In this document: positions 36,104 through 47,200 of the stretch, piece by piece
Numbering within the stretch: the first letter of the stretch is position 1
How the letters are laid out: every line of letters starts with the position of its first letter
Assembly: GCA_965140415.1 (NCBI GenBank)
Contig: OZ223209.1
Span: forward strand, 480,001 to 544,000
Direction: 5' to 3'
DNA length: 64,000 nt
From: Myxococcota bacterium
GTDB taxonomy: Bacteria; Myxococcota_A; SURF-8
Translations under genes and position numbers: made by a program
The notes under the pieces: generated by a model
The model's database searches: none
What the model saw: the letters and a program-made list of their open reading frames with translations, nothing else
What the model was told of the DNA's origin: nothing

Positions 36104-37597
36104 TTACTGATTTTCGCGCAATCCCTGTTCGATCAGGCTGACCAGATCTCCTGGCATGCACGCATTGTTGTCGCCGAAGTATTCGGTGACCGTCTCTTCG
36201 TCCATCAAACCCTTTTCAACGAAGCTCATCGGGTCCAGGCAAACCTGACCGTCCGCCGTGCGGCAGTCGCAGTCGGTGTCGCAGGGACGCAGGCAAAGCT
36301 TGAATAGTGAGAAGTCCGGACCGATGAAGCCTGCACCGACCGTAAAGCCGCCGACGCTTTCATCGCAGGCACCCAATCGGGAGCAGTAGCCGTTGGGAAC
36401 GACGATACCCGGTCCCAATAGCGGAGTCAGGGTTTCTTCATTCAAACACATGCCCGTTTCACACTCTGCACTTTCCGAACAGGCCGCACCGGCAAAGCCA
36501 TCTTCCGGCTGTGTACCGACGCCCTCGCATTGCAGGCTTTCCAGTTCGTATCCATAGGTGTATTCGCCGCTGGCGTCGCTTTCTTTGCTGTCCAGAATAA
36601 TGAAGTAGTCGCCGCTTTCCGTCGGGCGGAATTCCAACATTTCTTCTTCGCCCACGCCGGTTGCATCCACGATGGTTTCGCAACTGGCTTCGTCGTCACA
36701 ACTGGAGCGTAGCACGTAAATCATGGCATCGAAATTCGTGCCGGTGAAGGAAACCTTTAAGATGTCGCCATCGCCCAAGGGAAGTTTGAGAGCGATATCC
36801 GGTCCCTCGCCGAGATCGAATGGAATCGGCGCTTCGCCATCGGTTTCCGCATCGCCATCCGCGATAACGTCCCCATCCGTGCCGGCATCGCCGTCCACTG
36901 GGGCCGTGTCGCCGTCTGCAATGGCATCCCCGTCAACCTGGGTGTCACCATCGGCGATTGCGTCGCCGTCTACCGAGGAATCACCATCTGCAATGATGTC
37001 ACCATCGGTAATGGCATCGCCATCTACCTGGGTTGTGTCACCATCGGTAATGGCATCACCATCTACCGGGGTGTCACCATCGGCAATGATATCACCATCG
37101 GTGATCGCATCGCCGTCTACCGGAGAGTCGCCATCAGCACTGGCATCGCCATCGGTGATCGCATCGCCGTCAGCCGGAGCATCGCCATCAGCACTGGCAT
37201 CACCATCGGTGATCGCATCGCCATCAGCCGGAGCGTCGCCATCGGCTACTCTGCTTTGCAGGGCCAGCGTTTTCAGCGCGGCAATATTTACGCGGCGAGC
37301 GGCTGCGTTGGCATCCGGGGCGCAACTGGAGCCGGTGACTTCATTTGTTGCATCCCCCAGATCGCCGGTGTAGCTGTAGCTGGCTCCGCGACCATCGCTG
37401 CCATGATAGAACGGATCGGCGCAACTGCCGACGCCCTTGACAACCATGCCTGGATCCACCGTGTCGCCGTCCGATGGGGTTTCTTCGGCGGGAGGATCGG
37501 GAAACTGTCCGTAACCCTGAGAATCGCACCCGAGCATGAGCGAGCCCAAGAGAAAAAGAGCTACGATAATCACTGCTACCATTCGGTACACCTGCAT
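36104..37597 (-). CDS. Lipoprotein with DGD repeats, PPC-like domain and Cys-rich C-terminus
   Basis: Lipobox MLG-C, DGDxxx tract, FDAMIYV..E.LEF..SGDYFIILD, multiple C-terminal Cys. Confidence 0.8.
   Translation of the reverse strand: MQVYRMVAVIIVALFLLGSLMLGCDSQGYGQFPDPPAEETPSDGDTVDPGMVVKGVGSCADPFYHGSDGRGASYSYTGDLGDATNEVTGSSCAPDANAAARRVNIAALKTLALQSRVADGDAPADGDAITDGDASADGDAPADGDAITDGDASADGDSPVDGDAITDGDIIADGDTPVDGDAITDGDTTQVDGDAITDGDIIADGDSSVDGDAIADGDTQVDGDAIADGDTAPVDGDAGTDGDVIADGDAETDGEAPIPFDLGEGPDIALKLPLGDGDILKVSFTGTNFDAMIYVLRSSCDDEASCETIVDATGVGEEEMLEFRPTESGDYFIILDSKESDASGEYTYGYELESLQCEGVGTQPEDGFAGAACSESAECETGMCLNEETLTPLLGPGIVVPNGYCSRLGACDESVGGFTVGAGFIGPDFSLFKLCLRPCDTDCDCRTADGQVCLDPMSFVEKGLMDEETVTEYFGDNNACMPGDLVSLIEQGLRENQ
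36833..37243 (-). repeat. Coding tandem repeat, about 18 bp unit (DGDxxx), 22 copies plus one DGE
   Basis: Counted in translation. Higher-order 3-unit periodicity (..DGDAIT..). Confidence 0.9.
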
Positions 37598-37995
37598 GCT
37601 ATTCTCTCCCAAAACTATCAATACGTGAATGACGGTATGAGGCGGAACGCTCCGCCTAGCACTGCATACCATGCCCTAACGTCCTTGTCCATACCCGGAT
37701 GGAAATAGATGTATTTTTGAAATTCACGAGAATTCGTTGTAACGAGCGTTCGTGGACATTTCATGAATCCTCGATAGCGCAGTATAATAGTTCTTTCTTA
37801 TAGTGAGCAAGAAATTGTTTGCGCAAGCGATGCTATTCGAAAAGGGCGGCAAAGCGGCTATCCTTGACTTCAACGCCATTCAGCCGTAAAAAAGGGTTGA
37901 TCCCAATCTCTTGCTTGGGTAAAACAGAACGTTACTGCTTCGGGCGTTCGAAGCACCATGGGTTTTATCAGATCTTCAACGATTGGAGCATGTTT

Positions 37996-39189
37996 ATGCG
38001 AAATCTTACGATTCTTTTAATGATGTCGTTTTTATTTGTGGTTTACGGTTGCAGCAAAAGCGAAACACCTGCCGCCTCCGATACGGCGAAACCCGTTGTT
38101 GCCGAGCAGGCGCAAGCCAAAGTGGAAGCGCCCAAAGCCATCGAGCCGCCTCCCGCCGGTATGCTCTACCCGGCCAAACTCGACGATAGAAACTGGGGGT
38201 TCATCGATGCCACAGGCAATACGGTTATTGCTGCCAAATACCAGGGTTGTTTCCAGTTTCACGAAGGCTTGGCCATCGTCGTGCTCGCTGGAAAGTGGGG
38301 CTTCGTCAACTTGAAAGGTGAGGAAGTCGTGCCTTTGACCTATCGGCAGGCATTCTCTTTCTCAAACGGTTTGGCTCGCGTACGCACGGAAAGCGACAAA
38401 TGGGGATTCGTGGATAAAAGCGGTAAACTGGTGATTCCGGCCACTTACGACGAGGTGGAGGATTTCCACGATGGTCTGGCGCGGGTGCGCGTTGGCACGC
38501 AGTATGGTTTTATCAACACCAAAGGTGAACTGGCAATCCCAGCCAAGTTTGCGAGCGTGCATTCTTTCTCCGATGGTCTGGCCGTTTTCAAGGGCGGTTC
38601 GAAATGGGGATATATCAATAAAACCGGGAACGTTGCCATTGCGCCGCAGTTCGACTCTGCCGGAGATTTCGGCGAAGGGCTGGCTCCGGTCAATCAGGGT
38701 GCATTGCAGCATATCGGAAAACAAGGGCTTTCCGGCGGTAAGTGGGGATATGTTGATAAAAGCGGCAAACTGGTCGTTGCTGCCCAGTTCGACGAAGCCC
38801 GTTCCTTCAACAGCGGTCGCGCCTTGGTGCGCCAGGATATCGCATGGGGCGCCATCGATAAAACCGGGAAGCTGGTCATTCCGCCGCAATTCGACAAGGC
38901 CAATGATTTCAGCGAGGGAATGGCGGCGGTGCTAATCGGCGCGGAACGCGATGAATACGGAAACATCCGCGACCGTCAGGTCATGAAGAAAGTCGGCGAC
39001 CAGATGGTGCCGATCGTGCGCAGTACCGGTAGCTGGGGTTATACCGATGTCGCTGGAAACGTGGTGGTGCCGCCGCAGTTCGACGCGATCTTCCCCTTCG
39101 AAAACGGTCTTGCGCGCGTACATCTGGAAACCAGTTGGGGATACATCGACAAAGCCGGAACCTTTATCTGGCAGGCGCAAAATCTGTAA
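37996..39189 (+). CDS. WG-repeat (KWG) lipoprotein
   Basis: Lipobox VYG-C, repeated KWGF/YIDK.G..VI...F..GLA.V units. Confidence 0.92.
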   Translation: MRNLTILLMMSFLFVVYGCSKSETPAASDTAKPVVAEQAQAKVEAPKAIEPPPAGMLYPAKLDDRNWGFIDATGNTVIAAKYQGCFQFHEGLAIVVLAGKWGFVNLKGEEVVPLTYRQAFSFSNGLARVRTESDKWGFVDKSGKLVIPATYDEVEDFHDGLARVRVGTQYGFINTKGELAIPAKFASVHSFSDGLAVFKGGSKWGYINKTGNVAIAPQFDSAGDFGEGLAPVNQGALQHIGKQGLSGGKWGYVDKSGKLVVAAQFDEARSFNSGRALVRQDIAWGAIDKTGKLVIPPQFDKANDFSEGMAAVLIGAERDEYGNIRDRQVMKKVGDQMVPIVRSTGSWGYTDVAGNVVVPPQFDAIFPFENGLARVHLETSWGYIDKAGTFIWQAQNL

Positions 39190-39222
39190 TCCGAATCACA
39201 TCTTGTTATCGAGGAGGTCGCA

Positions 39223-40791
39223 ATGACGGATCTACAACGTGAGGTGTTCGATCGTTTGGCCCCGATTTCCTTGCAGGCGGAAATGAATCGACTTTCCGAA
39301 GGCGTGCGCGAGTCCCTGCCTTTTCTGGCTCAGGCGCTCTCCGGTATTGACGTTCTGTTCCGTCGCCAACTCGGTGATCATGTGGTTCAATTGGCCGAGC
39401 AATTTACACAAAACGACGAGTGGAACAGCTTAAACGGGCGCGCTTTCCGCTATTTCAACGGGCCTTACAATCATCTGGCGGGCGGCAAGCCGTTCATCGA
39501 AAACGTTCCACCATTGAAAGCGGGAAAAGCCTTGTATCCAAGCGACCTTACGGAAGCTGAACTGGATACGTACCTGGAAGTGCATCCGGATAAACGCGCC
39601 GAGTTGCTTTCCCCTTACACGGTTGTCAAACGCCAGGGCGAGGATCTGATCGCCGTTGCCTATCACGAGCATTTCGCCTCCGATCTCAAACCGGTGGTTG
39701 CGGCGCTATTGGAAGCGGCGGAAAAGATCGATCACGCGGGATTGCAGCAATTCGTTCGAAATCGTGCGAAAGCGCTAGCGGGTGACTACGACCTGTTGGA
39801 ATCGGATGCCGACTGGGTGCGTTTGACCGATACGCCGCTGGAACTGGTAATCGGTCCCTTTGAAGTCTATGAAGATGGCTTAAAGGGTGTCAAAGCCTTT
39901 TACGAAGCGATGCTGTTGATGGTCGATGTAAAAGCCTGCGAAGCCTTGGCGCAGATCGAAAAATCCTTACCCGAACTGCATAACAGTTTCCCCTGTCCCG
40001 GTGGAGCGCGTCCGGCGGTGGGTGGTATGGCACCGATGATCGTGGCCGATGAGTTGCTTACCGCGGGAGAGGGACGTTCCAGCATCATGGCGGCAGCTTT
40101 CAATTTGCCTAACGACGCCGGTGTGCGGGGACGAGTCGGCTGGAAGCAGATCATGATTCGCAACGTCATGCAGGCCAAGTTCAACGCTTGTACACGCCCG
40201 ATCGCCCAGCGGGTGCTCTCGGCGCAGGACGTGCAGTATGCTTCTTTCGAGTCGTTCTTTTTCCACGTTCTATTACACGAAATCAGTCATGGCCTGGGAC
40301 CGGCCTATCGCGCAGACGGTCGGGGGGTCAACGAAGCCTGCGGCAAGCACTACACTCCCTTGGAAGAAGCCAAAGCCGATACCGGGGCACTGTATCTGCT
40401 GCTGAAACACTCCGGCAAGTTCGGCCTGCCCGACTTCGATACGCGCACTATCGGTGTCTCCTACTTTGCGGGATTGCATCGTTCCGTCCGTTTCGGGCTG
40501 CATGAAGCGCACGGAAAAGCCAACGTGATCCAGTATGCCTACCTGCGGGAAAAGGGAGCGTTTGTGGAAAAAGGCGATGGCCTGGGCGTGTCGCCGGAGA
40601 GGCTGCTGGGAGCCACGGAGCAACTGTTACAGGAACTGACACTGTTACAAGCCACGGGCAGCGATCAGCAACTTGCGGACTTCCTGGAGCGCTATGGTCG
40701 CCCGCCGGTGGAATTGGAAAACAGCATTGCCCGACTGGCGGATCTTCCGATTGATATTCTGCCGACATTTCCGTTGAAGCCGGTGTCGTAA
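39223..40791 (+). CDS. Peptidase family M49 (dipeptidyl-peptidase III-like, HEXXH type)
   Basis: IGPFEVYED, AFNLPND, HEISHGLG, LEEAKAD, RFGLHEAHG. RBS ggagg. Confidence 0.9.
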   Translation: MTDLQREVFDRLAPISLQAEMNRLSEGVRESLPFLAQALSGIDVLFRRQLGDHVVQLAEQFTQNDEWNSLNGRAFRYFNGPYNHLAGGKPFIENVPPLKAGKALYPSDLTEAELDTYLEVHPDKRAELLSPYTVVKRQGEDLIAVAYHEHFASDLKPVVAALLEAAEKIDHAGLQQFVRNRAKALAGDYDLLESDADWVRLTDTPLELVIGPFEVYEDGLKGVKAFYEAMLLMVDVKACEALAQIEKSLPELHNSFPCPGGARPAVGGMAPMIVADELLTAGEGRSSIMAAAFNLPNDAGVRGRVGWKQIMIRNVMQAKFNACTRPIAQRVLSAQDVQYASFESFFFHVLLHEISHGLGPAYRADGRGVNEACGKHYTPLEEAKADTGALYLLLKHSGKFGLPDFDTRTIGVSYFAGLHRSVRFGLHEAHGKANVIQYAYLREKGAFVEKGDGLGVSPERLLGATEQLLQELTLLQATGSDQQLADFLERYGRPPVELENSIARLADLPIDILPTFPLKPVS

Positions 40792-41228
40792 CATATCGGA
40801 ACTATAAGGGAATCCTGTTTCTGTGGCACTCGACCATTCCGTGGTGTCACAGGTTGCCAATCCGAATTCACATTCCAGACAATCGAGGTGGGATTTTGCA
40901 GCAATCTGCACGTTTGCCACCTTGCTTTTCGATGGCTTTGACCTGTCGTCTTTCACTACCAATTAATTTGACAAACCCCCGATTAATGGTAGCTTATTGG
41001 CTGTTCAACAAGGCTTTCAAAACGACCCAACTCGATTCCGGTAAATGCTCAATGCGCTCTATTTTGGTGCGATTGTCAGTAACAATACAGTGTTCACTTG
41101 CTAAAGTGATCTTTCCGTAAGTGGTTGTCGACGTGGTCAACGATCGAGCAACAGTTTACCGACTTTTCTTTGGGGGCAACCGCAGCCAGTCTGCGGGTAT
41201 GAGTCCCAGGACATGAAAGGGTGGCGGT

Positions 41229-44200
41229 ATGGAGAAGCAAATCCGTAACTATCTGAAAATTCTGGAAACCTCACCGGACAATGTGCCCGCCTTCAAAGCG
41301 CTGGCCAAGATCTACAAAGATCAGGAGCGCTGGGGGGAACTGGCCAATCTGTATGTCGAAAAGGCACAGCGAACCGCAGATGAGACCAAGATTCCGGAAT
41401 TGCTGTTCCAGGCGGCGGAACTATTCGCCGAGCGACTGGCGAAGTTCGACCGCGTGGAGGAATGCTACCAGAAAGTCCTGGATCACGATCCTCAAAACGA
41501 ACGGGCGCTGACCGAACTGAAGGCGCGCTACCGCGACAGCCACCAATGGGATCAGTTGATTCACCTGTTGGAGCAGGAAGCCGAACACAGTGAAGACATC
41601 GACCACAAAGCCGACAGCCTCACCGAGATTGCCGATCTGTGGGAAAAGATGCTCGGCAACGAACAGAAGCAGATCGCTTATCTGGTGCAGGCTCAGCAGG
41701 TCAATCCGAATCACCTGTCTTCGTTGCGGCAATTGAAGACCTATTACCTGAAAAGTTTCCAGGTGGACCGCGCCATCGAATTAGTGGAACGTGAAGAGCA
41801 ACTGCTTGAAGGCAACAAGGAAAAAGCCGACCTGTACAACGAAGTCGGCTTGCTTTTAGCGGAAGATCCCTTCGAAACGCAACGAGCCATCGAGTTTTTG
41901 CGCAAGGCTATTGAAATCGATGGTCGCTTTAAAAACGCCAAGAAAAAGCTGGAAGAACTGGAAAGCCTGGATCAGAAGTGGGAAAAATTCACGCGCAAAT
42001 ACCTGGAAGACGCTATCAACGTTTCCGACAAGCGCGAGGCCAGCACCATTTATCTGAAAATTGCCGGGATTTATTACCTGTACAATCCCGAGGCCGAAGA
42101 AGACATCCTTTCGACCATCGAAAAGAGTCTGATTCTGGATAGTTCCAACCGGCGTGCCTTGCTGTTGGGAGAACGCTATCTCACTGAAAAAGAGCAGTGG
42201 GAGAAATTGACGGAATTCTATCAGAGTATTTACGAGCGCACCCGCGATGAAGCTTTAAAAATCGAAGCGATGGCCAAGTCGGCGGAAGTGCTTAGCGAAC
42301 GTTTGGAGAAACGGGATGAAGCTCTGGCGCTGTTCCGGGAAGTCAATTCCTTGAACCCGGATCATCCAACCGCTTTCGTTCATATCGCCGAAGATCTGGA
42401 AAATCGCGAGGAATTCGACGAGTTGCGCGAATTGCTGTCGGATCGGTTGGAGCGTTGCCATGAAGTATCGGCGCGCATCGAAACGCTGCTTACGCTGGCT
42501 CGTATGGCCAAGCGTGAAGACGATCCGAAACTGGCGATCGAACACCTGGAAAAAATTCTGGAAATCGAACCGGAAAACGAACGGGCTGCCGGTCAACTGG
42601 CCGATTTGTATGAAGAAGTACAAGCCTGGGACAAACTGCTGGAAGTCATGCCGACCGTAATCGCTGCCGCCAAAGACGATCAGCTTTGTTTCGATCTACA
42701 TGCCAAATTCGCCAAGATTCTAAGTGAACAGCTTGGAAAGAGCGAGCAGGCCTTTGAACATTACTCCGCCGCGTTTGCGATAAATCCCCAGGATGAAACC
42801 GTGCTGACCCAGTTGGAAGATCTGACGATCGAACTGGAATGCTGGGAAGAACTGGTAAAGCTGTTCAAGCAGGTTCTGCAACAAGAGGGTGACGCGCAGA
42901 TGCTGCGCAGCATCCGGTTCAAGCTGGCGCAGATCTACGACCGGGAACTGTCGCAGTATCAGGAAGCCGAAAATTGTTATGTTGAATTGCTTGAAGAGCA
43001 ACAGGAACTGGAAGTGCTGGATGCCTTGGGCCGGTTGTACTCCAAGGATTTGAAGTGGGAAAAACTGGTTACGATTTTGGGCCAGAAGGCGGAACTGACC
43101 GACGATCCGGAAGAGCGCCGCGACATCCTGCTGGAGAAAGCGCGCATTTACGAGATGGAATTGAGCGATGCTGCCCTGGCGATCACGGCCTATCAGGAAG
43201 TCGTCGCCATTATGCCGGACGAACTGGAGGCGCTGCATCACCTGTCCGAACTGTACGAAATGGGTGGCGATTACGACGCACTGACGAAGGTGATCGAGCA
43301 GGAATTGGAAGTCATCACTTCGATTCCGGAAAAAGTGAATCGCAACTTCAAGCTGGGAAACCTGTATCGTGACAAGCTACAGAACCCGGAAGCGGCGGGC
43401 GAGGCCTTCTTGCGCGTTTTGGAACTGGACTCCAATCACCTTCCGGCTATCGAAATGCTGGAAGAGTTGTTGAATCAGGGAGTCAGCCCCAACGAGATTT
43501 TCAAGGGGCTGGAAGAATATTACCGCAAGCTGGAACGGTGGGACAAACTCGCCAAGGGTTACGAAGCACTGATTCGCAGCGAAGCGGATTCCGAGCAAAA
43601 GGGTGCGCTGTGCCACAAGCTGGCCGAAGTCTCCCTGGTGCATCGCTCGATGGATGAGGAAGCCTTTACCTGGATCACTGAAGGACTCAAAACCACGTAT
43701 CAGAACGCGGACTTCCTGAAGCTGTCGCTCGATGCGGCGCGTAAAGTCGGCAAACAGTCCGAACTTTTGGAACTACTGGAAAGCAAGTCCGAGTCCGTGG
43801 AGGACGAGGAGCAGAAAATCAGCTTGTCTCTTTCTCTTGGTAGTTTGTATTGGGAAGGAATGCAGGATACCGAGCAGGCCGAACGGCACTATCTGGAAGC
43901 ATCGGAACTGGCTTCGGACCGAGAAGAAGTCATGGAGCAAGTTACCGGATTCTTCAAGGAAACGGAACAGTGGGTTCAGTTCTCCGCTTTCGGTGAGCGG
44001 CTGGCGGAAATCGTCGGCGAGCCGTCACGGAAAAAAGAAGTGTTGTTTGAAGTGGCGGATGTTTACGAAAACCGTTTGAAGAAAAACGATGCTTCCCAGG
44101 TGGTTTTGCGTCGAGTGTTGCAGACGGACGCCGCCGATCTGAAGGCCATCGATGCCTTGCTGCGTTTACAGCAAGAAGCGGAGCAGTGGGAAGACCTGGT

Positions 44201-47200
44201 CTTGACGCTGCTTGAAAAACTGGATCTGGTGGAAGATGAAACCGGACGCATCGCCCTGAAAATGCAACTGGCCGAGATTCAGGAAGACAAGCTGGAAGAC
44301 TACGACGAAGCGGCTCGTTTATACAGTGAAGTGCTTGCAAAAGATCCCAAGCATCCGGATGCCTTTGCGGCGATGGAGCTTTTCCTGGAGCGCAACCTGT
44401 GTGAATCGCTGGTAGCGGAAACCTTGCGCCCGATCTACGAGGAAAAGCGCGACTTCGAGAAACTGATTCATGTCTTAACGCTGCAATACGCCGAAGTGGA
44501 AGGCGAAGCCGCCTACACCCTGGCCGTGAGAATCGCCTCGCTGTATGAAGACGAGCTACAGCGATTCGCCGACGCGCTGGAATGGTATGGACGGGCATTC
44601 GTCGCCGGGGATGGCGTGGTGCTGCTTAAAGAGCTGATGCTCTCGGCCAGTAGCGCCAACAACTACGCGCGCCTTGTAGAAATCTGTGAAGAAAAACTGG
44701 AGCAGGAACTTTCCGACGCTGATCGCACCGAAGTGCTCTTCCATATCGGCGATACGCTGGTTAAAGAACTTCAGAAACCGGATGACGCGCGGCTGCGCTA
44801 TGAAGCCGTGTTGGAAATCGATGCCAACAACGAGCGAGCCATCGATGCATTGATCGAACTGGCGCGCGAGCGCATGGATTACGAAGATCTGGCGCAACTG
44901 CTGGAAAAGAAACGGGATGTGGTGGAAGACAAGAAGGTGCGCCGCGAAGCGACCTTCGAAATCGCACAGTTACGTTTCAAGCGCCTGGAGCAACCGGATG
45001 AAGCCGTTGCGTTGTTGAACGAGTTGCTGGATGAGCGCGAAAACGATCCGCAAGTATTTGAGATGCTTGAAGACGTGTTCATTACGCACGACCGTTGGGA
45101 AGATCAAAAGGAACTACTGGAACGTCGCCTGAAGTATCTGCGCGAAGACGATGAGATTCTGCCTGTCAAGATTCAGATCGGCGCGATTCTGGAAAACAAC
45201 CTGGATCGCCTGGACGAAGGTATGGCCATCTATCGCGAACTGGTGCGCAACTACTGGAACTATCCGGTGGTCGGTGCGCTGGTGGACCGTCTGCTTTCCC
45301 AGGAAAGCACCCAGCTCGAAATCGCCAACGAGATGGAACAGAAGTACATCAAGGTGCAGGACTGGAAACGCCTGGTGCAGGTGTACGAAATCCAGGTACA
45401 TTACACCGAGGGCAGCGAGGAAAAATCGAAGCTGCTTAGTAAGCTGTCCAACGTCTATCAAAACAAACTGCAAGATCCCGAAAAAGCCTTCGACGGCTTC
45501 GCCCGCGTGTTTATCGGCGATCCGAATAACACCGAAGCGCTCGACGAACTGGAAAAACTGGCCGGGGATCTGGGAGCCTGGCGCGAACTGGCTGAAGTCT
45601 ACGAAAAAGCCGGAGAAGCAGCGCCGGATCACGATGAAGCCACCGCGCTGTTTATCAAGGCTGCGCGATTGTACGAAGACATCCTGGCCTACCAGGAAGA
45701 TTCCATCCGCGCCTATCGCAAAGTGTTGGATCGCGATCGCAACAACATGACCGCCATTCAGGCGCTGGAAGGTTTGTGCCGCAAGACCGAGCGTTGGGAG
45801 GAATTGCGCGACATTTACCTGCAACGCATCAACCTGACGGAAGATACGGCGGAGAAGAAAGAGCTCTATACCAACATCTGCATTCTGTACGAACACCAGT
45901 TGGAAGATCCGCTGGGAGCCACGCCGTTCTACGAGGCCACTGTGGAATTGACGCCGCAGGACATCGAAGCGGTGGACAAACTGATGGAACTGTACCAGCT
46001 ACAGGAAGATTGGGAAAAGAAAGCCGGTCTGATGGCGCACAAGCTGGAACTCGTCGATTCGCTTGCGGAGCGTAACGAGTTGATGCTTGCCAAAGCCGAA
46101 CTGCACGAGGTCAAACTCGATCAGGCGGAGATTTCCAAGGATCTGTACAAACACGTTTTAGAGTCGGACGAAAGCGACACCCGCTCACTGGAGAAATTGG
46201 AAGAGTACGTGGAGCGGGAGGAATTCCAGGATGAACTGGCCCGTTTCCTGGAGCCGATGTATCTGCGCTGGGAAAACTGGGAGCGCGTCATCGATATGCA
46301 GGAACATCAGTTCACGCATTCCGAGGATGGCGACGAGCGCATTCGCCTGCTCAAAGCGATTGCAAACAATTACGAGGAGCACCTGGATCAGAACCTGTTG
46401 GCCTACGGCGTACTGACGCGCGCCTTCCGCGAGCGCCCGCTGGATGAATTTATCCAGAACGAGTTGGAGCGACTGGCGGGAGTGCTGGGACAGTACGAAC
46501 AGCTCTGCTCGTTGTATGGCGAGTTGATCGATGGCTACGATCCGGAAACCGAATCCGACACCATGGTCAACCTGTTGATGAATCTGGCGCATCTGTCGGA
46601 ATCCTATCTACGGGAAATCGAACTGGCCGCCGGTCACTACCGCCGCGTGTTGGAGTTGAGCGAGAATCACCCTGAAGCGCTGGGACATCTGGAGCGTATC
46701 TACTCGTTGCAGAAGAAATGGCCGGAACTCATCGAAGTGTTGGAAAGCAAGAATGCGATCACCGAAGAGCTCGAGCAGAAAAAGGCGATCCTCTTCCAGG
46801 TCTGCAACATTTTCGAAGAGGAACTGGGCGAGAACCGCCAGGCCATCGATACCTACCGGCGTATGCTGGAACTGGACGGGCGCGACGACGACGTGCTGCG
46901 TTCTCTGGTGCGGCTGACGACCACCGAGGATATGTGGGAGGATCTGATCGAAGTCCGCTACCGGCAATTGGATATTGCCGAAACGGACGATCAGCGTTGG
47001 AATCTGCGTCACGCCATCGGTATGGTGCTGTGGCGCAAGCTGACCCGTAAAGACGAAGCCATCGAGATCTTCAACGGTGTCTTGGAAGAAAACCATGGTT
47101 ATCCGCCTTGTCGCGACGCCATGGAAGGATTGATGGAAGAAGGCGATTCCGAACTGGCAGCCGCCCGTATTCTGGAACCGCTTTACACCGAGGACGAGCG

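Noticed and set aside
40821-40852. ctgtggcac..gtgtcacag hairpin as a third copy of the dispersed repeat
   Set aside because: Only about 10 nt (ccattccgtg) plus the tggcac stem match, which is too little to assign. It may simply be the peptidase terminator.
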